The notes under the pieces were generated by a model. It was not told where the DNA came from, made no database searches, and saw nothing but the letters and a program-made list of their open reading frames with translations. Both the position numbers and the translations under genes were made by a program. Positions 1-8,341 of a stretch of 61,212 nt of DNA are shown piece by piece. Each line of letters starts with the position of its first letter. Position 1 is the first letter of the stretch. Source of the DNA: Chitinophagales bacterium (GTDB lineage: Bacteria; Bacteroidota; Bacteroidia; Chitinophagales; BACL12); NCBI GenBank assembly GCA_035439505.1, contig DAORKJ010000006.1, forward strand, positions 1 to 61,212, written 5' to 3'.

Positions 1-19
1 GTAGGTTTTATACCAATTC

Positions 20-51
20 AAAACCGCGTCGCTCCTCGACGCGGTTTTTTT
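20..51 (+). terminator. Intrinsic terminator hairpin (copy 1 of a paralogous pair, CTCCT loop)
   Basis: AAAACCGCGTCG-CTCCT-CGACGCGGTTTT: perfect 12-bp stem ending in a T run. Confidence 0.85.
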
Positions 52-259
52 ATTTTACCTACTGTAGCCAACAAATCACCGGAAAAATACTATTCAGGAA
101 ATATTTTATGACTTTTTGCATAAAATTTCGAGTGATAAATCCGCACTTTTTCCGCTAAAACGACCTTTTGTAACAGTTTAAACAGTTGACAATCAATGAT
201 TTATGCTTTTTTTGGCTCAATTTTTCTGCCAATAAATTGAAATTTTTGTCTTAGGTTAA

Positions 260-382
260 CTCTATTGTAATAGTGAATTTTATAGCTGTAAGTAATGGGT
301 TACTTAGTGTAGTTAATTAATTCTTCTTAGTTCTCATATTAGAGTCGCAAACCGCATCAGCTCCTCGATGCGGTTTTTTTTT
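260..382 (+). ncRNA. Candidate small RNA ending in terminator copy 2 (5' end approximate)
   Basis: AAACCGCATC-AGCTCCTC-GATGCGGTTT plus T run at 349-382; no ORF in the track between the two terminators; stem covaries with copy 1. Confidence 0.45.
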
Positions 383-453
383 GTACCTATATGAAATAAT
401 TCATTTAAGTGTAGTGGTTTACAAATTCTATATTTACATCTTACTTCCTACAA

Positions 454-903
454 GTGTCCATAAAAAAACAAGCATACGAAATATTATTACAAGCCATCCG
501 GAATAAAATTGTGGCAATTGAAAACGATTTATTGGCAATAAAAGAAAGTATCAGTAATGAAACAAAAAGCACCGCAGGTGATAAATATGAAACTGCTCGT
601 GCTATGTTACATATAGAACAGGAAAATGTAATGAAACAATTGGCTAACGCACAAAATCAAAAACACGAACTAACTGCAATAGATATTTCTTTGGTTTCAA
701 CAATTGTGCGACATGGTAGTTTGGTGACAACCAATTATGGTATTTTTTTTATTGCAACAGCAATGGGTAAAATTGTTGTAGACGCAACCAGCATAGTTAC
801 GTTATCAAAAATATCACCATTGGGTAAAGTGCTGATGGGGAAAAAAGAAAATGATATCGTATTGTTTGATAACAGAAAATATGAAATAAAAAAAGTGGAG
901 TAA
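454..903 (+). CDS. GreA/GreB-like (Rnk-type) protein
   Basis: N-terminal coiled coil with KSTAGDKYET; C-terminal ISPLGKVLMGKKENDIV..YEIKKVE resembles the GreA/GreB C-terminal domain; GTG start. Confidence 0.7.
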   Translation: MSIKKQAYEILLQAIRNKIVAIENDLLAIKESISNETKSTAGDKYETARAMLHIEQENVMKQLANAQNQKHELTAIDISLVSTIVRHGSLVTTNYGIFFIATAMGKIVVDATSIVTLSKISPLGKVLMGKKENDIVLFDNRKYEIKKVE

Positions 904-919
904 AAATATACTCCACTTT
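892..919. terminator. Hairpin between convergent genes
   Basis: AAAGTGGAGTA-N6-TACTCCACTTT inverted repeat. Confidence 0.6.
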
Positions 920-937
920 AATATGTTATGATGCTAG

Positions 938-2185
938 TTATACAACGCTTAATGCGCGTTCCATATCAAAAATCAAATCTTCGTAATATTCAACACCAAC
1001 ACTAATACGCACCAATTTTTCGGAGATACCTAATTTATTTTTTTCATCCTGTGAAACATCAGCATGTGTCATTGTAGCCGGATGTTCGGCAAGCGATTCG
1101 GTACTACCTAATGATACGGCCAGTTTTATGAGTTTCAGATTATTTAAAAAAGTAAATGCTTCTTTTTCACCACCAACAATATCGAAACTTAACATTGCAC
1201 CCGGACTGTGGTATTGGTGACGATAAATTGCGTATTGCTCAGTGCCTTCTTCTAAAAATCCGAGATAATATACCTTTTCTACTTTTGGATGTTCGCGCAA
1301 AAATTCAGCAACTTTAATTGCATTTTGTGCTTGTAATTCCATACGCGGTTTAAGTGTTTCTAAACTTCTGAGTAATAACCAACCTGTCCAGGGGCTCATC
1401 ATATTTCCCATAAAAGTGCGCATGGTTTTTATACGTGTCATTAACGCATTATTCCCTAAAACTGCACCGGCAATAACATCACTGTGTCCACCAATGTATT
1501 TAGTAGCCGAATACATAACTAAATCGGCACCATGTTTTAACGGATGGCTCCAAAGCGGACCCATATAGGTATTATCTACAGCTAAATAAACCGGTTTGTC
1601 CGGAGCGGAAAATTTATCAGCAACGCGTTTGCACATTTTTAAGTCGATAAGTGCATTTGTTGGGTTAGCTGGAGTTTCTACATAAATTAATCCCAGTTTT
1701 TTCTGGCCTTTTGCTTCAATAATAGCTGCAATTGCCGCTTCACTGTCGTTGGCGTCAAAACTGGCGCTTTCAATTCCCCATTGAGGCAACACGTGTTTGA
1801 TGAAGTGATCGGTGCCGCCATACACAGGTGCACTGAACAATACGAAATCTCCCGGTTTTAAAAACTCTAGTAAAACGGTAGAAATGGCACTCATTCCGCT
1901 GGAAAAAACCGCACAAGCTTCTGCGCCATCCCATAATGTTAAACGGTTTTCGAGCACTTCCAAATCCGGATTATTTAATCGCGAATAAATTAATCCCTGC
2001 TCTTCTCCGGGTCTTTGTTCGCTGAGTCCATAAGCAACTTCAAAAAATCTTTTTCCTGCTTCTGCATTTTTAAAAACAAAAGTGGACGTTTGAAATATCG
2101 GACATTTTATTGCGCCTTCACTGAGTTCAGGTTTGTAGCCGTAACTCATCATGAGGCTTTCAGGCCTAAATTGATGATTTTCCAT
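938..2185 (-). CDS. PLP-dependent Cys/Met metabolism enzyme (cystathionine gamma-synthase / methionine gamma-lyase family)
   Basis: YSRLNNP, FSSGMSAI, ETPANP, YSATKYIGGHSD (PLP Lys), VSLGSTESL; start moved to ATG 2185 because a TATTTTTG -7 box overlaps the upstream TTG. Confidence 0.92.
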   Translation of the reverse strand: MENHQFRPESLMMSYGYKPELSEGAIKCPIFQTSTFVFKNAEAGKRFFEVAYGLSEQRPGEEQGLIYSRLNNPDLEVLENRLTLWDGAEACAVFSSGMSAISTVLLEFLKPGDFVLFSAPVYGGTDHFIKHVLPQWGIESASFDANDSEAAIAAIIEAKGQKKLGLIYVETPANPTNALIDLKMCKRVADKFSAPDKPVYLAVDNTYMGPLWSHPLKHGADLVMYSATKYIGGHSDVIAGAVLGNNALMTRIKTMRTFMGNMMSPWTGWLLLRSLETLKPRMELQAQNAIKVAEFLREHPKVEKVYYLGFLEEGTEQYAIYRHQYHSPGAMLSFDIVGGEKEAFTFLNNLKLIKLAVSLGSTESLAEHPATMTHADVSQDEKNKLGISEKLVRISVGVEYYEDLIFDMERALSVV

Positions 2186-2266
2186 AGATGGGTGGTTTAG
2201 ACGAATTTGTTTTCGTTGTCGCAAAAATAGAATTAATTATTTGACCCTACAGTGATTTTTATCCCC

Positions 2267-2302
2267 AAAAAAAATCCCGGCAGCAAATTTTGACAACCGG
2301 GA
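2267..2302 (-). terminator. Probable terminator of the response regulator transcript
   Basis: TCCCGG...CCGGGA stem with an A-run on its left (U-run on the minus strand). Confidence 0.5.
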
Positions 2303-2333
2303 AATAAAACGAGAAATAATTTGGATAGAAAAA

Positions 2334-2975
2334 TTATGTTAATTTATTTTTTAATGCTTTTGCAACAGCCTCCGTCATGGAATTAACGTGTAGTTTCTTA
2401 TATATTTTTTTTATATGTGAATGTACGGTATCGTAACCAATTTGTAATTCATCGGCAATCATTTTGTAACTATTGCCTTTTACTAAATGACCAAGCACAT
2501 CTTTTTCACGCGGACTTAAATTAAAATCGTCGGCAGTTTCTAATTTATTTTGTTTTTGGAATAATTCTAGAACACGTTTTGCAATGGAGGGAGTCATAGG
2601 TGCACCTCCAAGTGAAACTTCGCGAACAGCATCAATGAGTTGGTCGAGCGATTTGTTTTTTAACATGTATCCCGAAGCGCCGGCACAAATGGCGCCAAAT
2701 ATTTTCTCATCGTCATCAAAAACAGTTAACATTAAAATCGGCAAATCAGTGTTTGTTTTGCGAATTCTCCGAACAGCTTCAATACCATTAATACCGGGTA
2801 AGTCGATATCCATTAATACTACATTCGGTTGGTGCAATTCTACCAATTCTACAACTTGCATATTATCGGCATACGCACCACAAAATTCAAATCCCCGGGT
2901 AGCATTAAACAATATTGAAAGCGATTCCCTTATGCGGATATTGTCATCGAATAATAAAACTTTAATATTGTTCAT
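2334..2975 (-). CDS. NarL/FixJ-family response regulator (REC + LuxR HTH)
   Basis: LFDD, VLMDIDLPGINGIE (phospho-Asp), GASGYMLK, LSPREKDVL..GNSYKMIADEL..TVHSHIKKIYKKL. Confidence 0.95.
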   Translation of the reverse strand: MNNIKVLLFDDNIRIRESLSILFNATRGFEFCGAYADNMQVVELVELHQPNVVLMDIDLPGINGIEAVRRIRKTNTDLPILMLTVFDDDEKIFGAICAGASGYMLKNKSLDQLIDAVREVSLGGAPMTPSIAKRVLELFQKQNKLETADDFNLSPREKDVLGHLVKGNSYKMIADELQIGYDTVHSHIKKIYKKLHVNSMTEAVAKALKNKLT

Positions 2976-3027
2976 TGTTGCAAATTTGAGTATTCATGCC
3001 GGGAAATTGTATCCCCAAACATGGTGA

Positions 3028-4851
3028 TTATATAGGTAATGTTACTGTAATGGTTGTTCCCTGCTTATTGGCACTTTTTACATTTAATGTTGCACCTATT
3101 TCTTTAGCACGACGATGTAAATTGCCTAATCCGTTTCCGTTAATGCTATTTGTTTTTTCAGGGTCAAATCCTTTGCCATTGTCGGTTAAAGTAATCGTCA
3201 ACATGTTACCATCGTAATTAGCATTAAAATTTATTTCAGTCGCTTCAGCATATTTAAAGGCATTATAAATACTTTCTTTAAATATTAGATAAATGTTTTT
3301 TCGTTGCTCCATATTTAAACTGATAGCATTTGCAGATTCTTCGATTTTAGAAACATAATTTAATTCCGCAGCTTGTTGTAATTCACTGGCATAATTCTGA
3401 ATGCGCAAAAACATTTTTTCGGAACTGTCGTTATCCGGTTTAATCGCCCAAACAATATCACTCATGTTTTCTACAGCTTCGCCACTAACTTCTTCTATTT
3501 TAGCAAGCAAAACATTTACTTTGTCTGCATCGTTTTCTTTTTGGAGTTTGGTTACCAGTTGACTGAAATAAGAAATACTGCCAAGTGTGGAACCAATATC
3601 ATCGTGAAGGTCTGAACTAATTCTTGTCCTGTCCGATACCAGTTGTTGCTCAAACTCCAGTTTCTTCTTGAGTTGTCGTCGGTTGAATAATAATAATAAA
3701 ATAGCCAGAACCAACACTGCTGCTACAATTATACCCGTATTAATGAGCTTTTGACGTTTAATAATTTGTTCCTTCTTTTCGGTTTCATACTGGGTTTGTA
3801 TCTCACTTATTTTACTCGCTTTTTCCTGATTGTAAACAGAATCGCGAAATATAATATGTTGCTCCATCATTATTTCAGCCGAGTCGAATTTACCTTGAAA
3901 GCTAAATACATTTGCCAAATACATATAATTATCTTCCACTACTTCCAGGCGATTAGCTTCCAATAATAAAACATTGCTGTTGTGTAAATAGGATTTAGCT
4001 TTTTCAGGATTCCCGGTTTTAAAATATAAAATTCCCATATTACTCAAACAGACACCTAATTCGGGTAGTTCTTCTTCAGCATAAATAGCTGCAGCTTTTT
4101 CAAAATAATACAAAGCGCTGTCTACCTTATTTAAATTATTGTAGGCCGTTCCTAAATTGTTGTAAATATTTCCAACATCATCGGGAGCTGCATCTTCGGA
4201 TAAAGTTTTTTCTATTTGTAATAAATAACCAATTGCCTTACGCGATTCGTTCATGTCGATATACAATGAACTTAAATTGATGGTTGATAATAAAATCGCA
4301 TCGGTATTACCTGTTTTTTGCGCATATTCATAGCTGTAGGTATAATATTTTAAAGCCTCCTCCGGACTTTCGTTTTTCTGGTAGGCTATGCCTAAATTGC
4401 CGGAATATTTTGAAATCAATCCATCATCTTTTAAACTCTCGGCTATTTTAACCGATTCTAAATGATAAAAAATGGCAGAGTCAAATTGTGCTGAATTGTG
4501 AAATACGTTTCCAATATTAGAATATACTCGAGCAACCAACTCCGGGTCGTTGAGTTGTTTGCGGTAATACAAACTTTTTTGATAAAACCGGATGGCTCCT
4601 TCAAAATTACCTTTGTTTTTTTCTAGCAAACCTAAACGCGTATATCCATCGCCTAAGCCTTTTGCATAATTTATTTTTTCTGAAAGAGCAATAGCCTCAT
4701 CTGCCAATAATTTACACGAATCAGGGTTAGCTTCCCTAAGTTCAAAGCTGCGTTTATTTATTTGGTTGATATAAGCGGTATCCGTACGCGACGCATAGAG
4801 GTTTGCGCCAAAAAGCACAAAAAAAGAAGCCAACGTAAATAGATATTTCAT
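3028..4851 (-). CDS. TPR-repeat sensor histidine kinase (HisKA_3/NarX-type)
   Basis: Signal peptide, multiple TPRs, one TM helix, RISSDLHDDIGSTL H-box, KESIYNAFKYA N-box, DNGKGF and GNGLGN G-boxes; start at MKYLF downstream of TATATTTG (4864-4871). Confidence 0.93.
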   Translation of the reverse strand: MKYLFTLASFFVLFGANLYASRTDTAYINQINKRSFELREANPDSCKLLADEAIALSEKINYAKGLGDGYTRLGLLEKNKGNFEGAIRFYQKSLYYRKQLNDPELVARVYSNIGNVFHNSAQFDSAIFYHLESVKIAESLKDDGLISKYSGNLGIAYQKNESPEEALKYYTYSYEYAQKTGNTDAILLSTINLSSLYIDMNESRKAIGYLLQIEKTLSEDAAPDDVGNIYNNLGTAYNNLNKVDSALYYFEKAAAIYAEEELPELGVCLSNMGILYFKTGNPEKAKSYLHNSNVLLLEANRLEVVEDNYMYLANVFSFQGKFDSAEIMMEQHIIFRDSVYNQEKASKISEIQTQYETEKKEQIIKRQKLINTGIIVAAVLVLAILLLLFNRRQLKKKLEFEQQLVSDRTRISSDLHDDIGSTLGSISYFSQLVTKLQKENDADKVNVLLAKIEEVSGEAVENMSDIVWAIKPDNDSSEKMFLRIQNYASELQQAAELNYVSKIEESANAISLNMEQRKNIYLIFKESIYNAFKYAEATEINFNANYDGNMLTITLTDNGKGFDPEKTNSINGNGLGNLHRRAKEIGATLNVKSANKQGTTITVTLPI

Positions 4852-4886
4852 TTGCATTGGCTTCAAATATAGCAGCTAATATTTAA

Positions 4887-5564
4887 TTAATTATCATCTG
4901 ATGAATCGGCATCGGATTGAGAGGTGGTACCGGAACCTTTTTTCTTGCGGGTATTGTTGCTGCTGTCTTCTTCAGTGATGCGCACTTCTATTAAATTATA
5001 GGTTGCGGGATCATAATCACTTAAATTATAGGAGCGTTCCGAAAATAAATTGTTCGGATTAGCAGCTAATGGAGGAACAATATAGTTTAACACAATTTTG
5101 TTTTTTGCCGGTAATAATACAATTTCAGTTGGTTGTGAAGGCAAAACAGTATTAGGGACAAATGTTTTAAAAAATACTTTAGTTGCAGGCACTGGCAATG
5201 ATTTTATCCAGCAATAAGGCATTACATTGGTGCCATCATGTGTAAAATGTTCTTCATTTTTAATGTTTACGGTAACAGAACCGGCAGCAGAACCATTAGG
5301 AAACAAAATACGCACCGAAATTTTATTGTAATTACCTGATGAACCTGATGGTAATGATGAACTTATAGGTTCATTATTTACCGTTGCACTTGATGTGACA
5401 AGCGTAAACTCATACACCCTTACACCATTTTGATAGGGGTCGTCGAATTCATTTATTGTTGAGTTAATCGTATAATTTCCGTTACTGCTGTTGGTATTAA
5501 TTAAAAATGTAAACGTAGCAGTAGCATGATCTATAAATATATGTGGTTTGAAAGATTGTAACAT
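4887..5564 (-). CDS. Hypothetical protein with two tandem ~110-aa repeats
   Basis: 225-aa ORF just downstream of the S8 protease; KPHIFI..YNKISVRI..GSVTVN repeated as MPYCWI..YNLIEVRI..GSGTTS. Confidence 0.7.
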   Translation of the reverse strand: MLQSFKPHIFIDHATATFTFLINTNSSNGNYTINSTINEFDDPYQNGVRVYEFTLVTSSATVNNEPISSSLPSGSSGNYNKISVRILFPNGSAAGSVTVNIKNEEHFTHDGTNVMPYCWIKSLPVPATKVFFKTFVPNTVLPSQPTEIVLLPAKNKIVLNYIVPPLAANPNNLFSERSYNLSDYDPATYNLIEVRITEEDSSNNTRKKKGSGTTSQSDADSSDDN

Positions 5565-5573
5565 AGAATAAAT

Positions 5574-6671
5574 TTAGAGGTTTGCAATTTTGAAATGTTT
5601 AACATGTGTTGAGCGGCTGGCATCAAACATGTTTTGATTTTGAATTGTGGCGTTTTGGTTTAATTCAAAAAATATTTGACTGGGATGTAAATTGCTTGTC
5701 CCTGAGCTAATGTGGGTTAATTTCTGAATATATAAGCCGGCTAACACAGCGGCGGCCTGACTGCTGCCACTCAGCACACTAACTGAATCTACAGCTCCAA
5801 TTCCGGTAGAAATGGTATCGGCGCCAACAGCACTAAATACGTGATTGCCAAAATCATGGTCCTCATCACAATTACGTTGAGTAAATGATGATAATTTACT
5901 ATCACTATCGTTGGCCATAGCAACAAGTGTGTTTTTAAAATAAGCAGGATAAGCTAAACCCGAAGCAATACTTTTTGTAAATGCCGGTTGATAATATTCA
6001 TATGCATTACCCGCTGAAACTACCACAGCAATTCCCATTTTATATAACCCCTGAATGAGTTTATTTATTCGATGGTTACAAACAGGATAATCGGTATTTA
6101 CATTATCAAATGCATTATAAGCCAGCACAACAATTTTAATTTTGTCGTCTTCTTTCATTCCCGGCTTTAAATTATAATTAAACACTTGCTCCAAACCTTC
6201 AGCTATAGCATACCATGAAGTGCTACCACTATTGTCAGCAGTAACCCGAATACTTACTAACCGGGCATCCGGTATCATGCCACCAATTTTTTCTGTTTTT
6301 GTAACACCATCAACGTTATAGTTGATGGTAATGTGGTCAGCAACCAAAATGCCGGCCAGGTGTGTGCCATGTCCATGTTCGTCAGTTAGCTTACCATTAG
6401 GTCCTTTAGTTGAACCGTCATACATCATAGAGGCAATTACTTTGTTTTGTAAAGCTTTGTGTTCAGCATAAACTCCCGTATCTAATAATGCAATTACATT
6501 GTGTTTGCCGCCGCTATTAATTTTGTAGTATAGGGCAGGGCTAATAAACTCACTTACATATTGTTCGTCTGTTTTATTAAGTGAATCAATAGATAATGGT
6601 TTAGGATGAACGGTGAACGCTGTTTGTTGTTTTCTAAAATCCTGGATTTCTTTAAAAATGATACTTCCCAT
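5574..6671 (-). CDS. Subtilisin-like serine peptidase (S8), no signal peptide
   Basis: Catalytic motifs LLDTG (Asp), HGHGTHLAG (His), VSAGN (oxyanion Asn), SGSSQAA (Ser). Confidence 0.88.
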   Translation of the reverse strand: MGSIIFKEIQDFRKQQTAFTVHPKPLSIDSLNKTDEQYVSEFISPALYYKINSGGKHNVIALLDTGVYAEHKALQNKVIASMMYDGSTKGPNGKLTDEHGHGTHLAGILVADHITINYNVDGVTKTEKIGGMIPDARLVSIRVTADNSGSTSWYAIAEGLEQVFNYNLKPGMKEDDKIKIVVLAYNAFDNVNTDYPVCNHRINKLIQGLYKMGIAVVVSAGNAYEYYQPAFTKSIASGLAYPAYFKNTLVAMANDSDSKLSSFTQRNCDEDHDFGNHVFSAVGADTISTGIGAVDSVSVLSGSSQAAAVLAGLYIQKLTHISSGTSNLHPSQIFFELNQNATIQNQNMFDASRSTHVKHFKIANL

Positions 6672-6690
6672 AAGTGTGTTTTTGTTGACA

Positions 6691-6698
6691 CAAATGTA
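6691..6698 (-). promoter_or_regulatory. Bacteroidota housekeeping-sigma -7 box for the S8 operon
   Basis: TACATTTG matches TAnnTTTG, about 20 bp upstream of the ATG. Confidence 0.6.
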
Positions 6699-6740
6699 GA
6701 AGTATAAAACAATACTGCTGTACCCAAATATGGGGATAGC

Positions 6741-7613
6741 TTACTCACCTGGAGAGTTATCTTCTCCATTTACATTCCCATGCACCGATATCATTCGCCA
6801 GCCTTCAGGAAGCGGACATTGTTTTTTGCTTTTAGTGCCTGCTATACGCAGTTGGAGCGAGTTATTGTGCAGATTTACCGTGCCGTCGGTATGGCCTCCA
6901 TTTTCTACAGCAAGTGCTTTAGTAATTTGCCATTCACCTGTTGAAGAAGTAAATGTTTTGATGACAGCATTACAATCATCATCGGTTTCACCCATTTTGG
7001 TGAATAAATTTATGTATTCTTTTTGCCATGCAGGATGAAATGGCACACCGTAATATTTATTTTTTTTATCCGGACAAGGTTCAGTACCACAACAAGGTTC
7101 ATTACATATAGCACCATAAGCATCGTTGGTATGAATCCAGATTTTTTCGTCGCTGCGCAGTGGGTAATTTAATTTATTATGAAAAGCATCAATAAATTCA
7201 TTATTAATATGGTCATTGTGATAATGCGGAACAATAAATTGTAATAAAACACTATCGCGATGTAAATCAAATATTTTCGTAATAACACTATCCACTTGAT
7301 TTACATCGGCAATAGCAGGTCCGGTTCCATAAAATTTTGCACCTAAATAATAATTATTATCATTACAATCACTACACATATCGGCGAAGTCGCCATAGCC
7401 TGAACCATAGATCCATACTGTGTCTCCGGTGCCTTTGATGATATAAATATTTGAAGTAGTCCAGGGTAAACTGTCGGCATAAATCATACTATGAACCACA
7501 TAAACAGATTGTTCAACAACTGTTTCGGTGCCATCGTTTAATTGTGGCAATTCGCGTTTGCCACATCCCAGTATCAACAATAAAAAAATACTAACAATAA
7601 AAAAATATCGCAC
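6741..7613 (-). CDS. Cys-rich lipoprotein with metallo-beta-lactamase-fold motifs
   Basis: Lipobox LLILGC; VPHYHNDH (HxHxDH) and GGHTDG motifs. Confidence 0.65.
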   Translation of the reverse strand: MRYFFIVSIFLLLILGCGKRELPQLNDGTETVVEQSVYVVHSMIYADSLPWTTSNIYIIKGTGDTVWIYGSGYGDFADMCSDCNDNNYYLGAKFYGTGPAIADVNQVDSVITKIFDLHRDSVLLQFIVPHYHNDHINNEFIDAFHNKLNYPLRSDEKIWIHTNDAYGAICNEPCCGTEPCPDKKNKYYGVPFHPAWQKEYINLFTKMGETDDDCNAVIKTFTSSTGEWQITKALAVENGGHTDGTVNLHNNSLQLRIAGTKSKKQCPLPEGWRMISVHGNVNGEDNSPGE

Positions 7614-7618
7614 AAATA

Positions 7619-8317
7619 TTATTTGCTGAATGAAGTAAGTATTTGTTTTGACGGGTATTTTCCTTTTTCGTCGATGCTTTCCATTTTAACCATTCCCACG
7701 TTTTTAGCCATATACATGGTTGAACTTGATTTTGATTTAAACATGGCAGAGATTACTTCGGTATCGTAAGTATATTTGATACAATTAAAAGTACCTGCAG
7801 GTGTTGTTACCGATTCGTTGCCTACTACTTTACGATTGGTTGTTTTCATTTTCATGCTCATTAATTGCATGCCGTTCATCGTTACTGTCATACCGCTTTC
7901 AGCATCAGGTAATGTTTGACCCGCTACCGGATTGGAAGGAAATTCCATGTATTGGTCAGTAACTTCGATAGTAACATCATCCATTCCTTCAAATTGATCT
8001 TTTGGAAACATATTACTCATGTCCATGAAAAAGCTTTCCGGCGTACATTTCATAATTACTTCACCTTTATTCACCGATTTATCTTTTTGGTCAAACATTT
8101 CAATGTTTATTTTCGCTTCAACACCATCGGCTACATTATTAAGTGCAGTTAATTCACTTACACTGCGTGATTGTACTTTATCTTTTCCATCGTAACTGGT
8201 GATTTCCCATTTGGTACCAACTTCAGTTGGGAAAAATGATTCACAATTATTATCGCTTTTAAATGCGGTTGCCATGAGCATAACTAATGCACATAACAAT
8301 ATGCTTGTTTTTTTCAT
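7619..8317 (-). CDS. Secreted DUF3108-like/TapB-type protein
   Basis: Signal peptide; ESVTTPAGTFNCIKY..YMAKNVGMVK motif. Confidence 0.7.
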   Translation of the reverse strand: MKKTSILLCALVMLMATAFKSDNNCESFFPTEVGTKWEITSYDGKDKVQSRSVSELTALNNVADGVEAKINIEMFDQKDKSVNKGEVIMKCTPESFFMDMSNMFPKDQFEGMDDVTIEVTDQYMEFPSNPVAGQTLPDAESGMTVTMNGMQLMSMKMKTTNRKVVGNESVTTPAGTFNCIKYTYDTEVISAMFKSKSSSTMYMAKNVGMVKMESIDEKGKYPSKQILTSFSK

Positions 8318-8341
8318 AGTAGTGGTTTTGTAACAAAGTTA

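Noticed and set aside
454..903. 3-oxoacyl-ACP synthase label sometimes given to this family
   Set aside because: No Cys-His-Asn thiolase motifs; the sequence fits a GreA/GreB-like fold
2584..3217. Antisense ORFs over the regulator/kinase, and other short shadow ORFs in the track
   Set aside because: They lie opposite or out of frame to well-supported genes and carry no recognisable motifs
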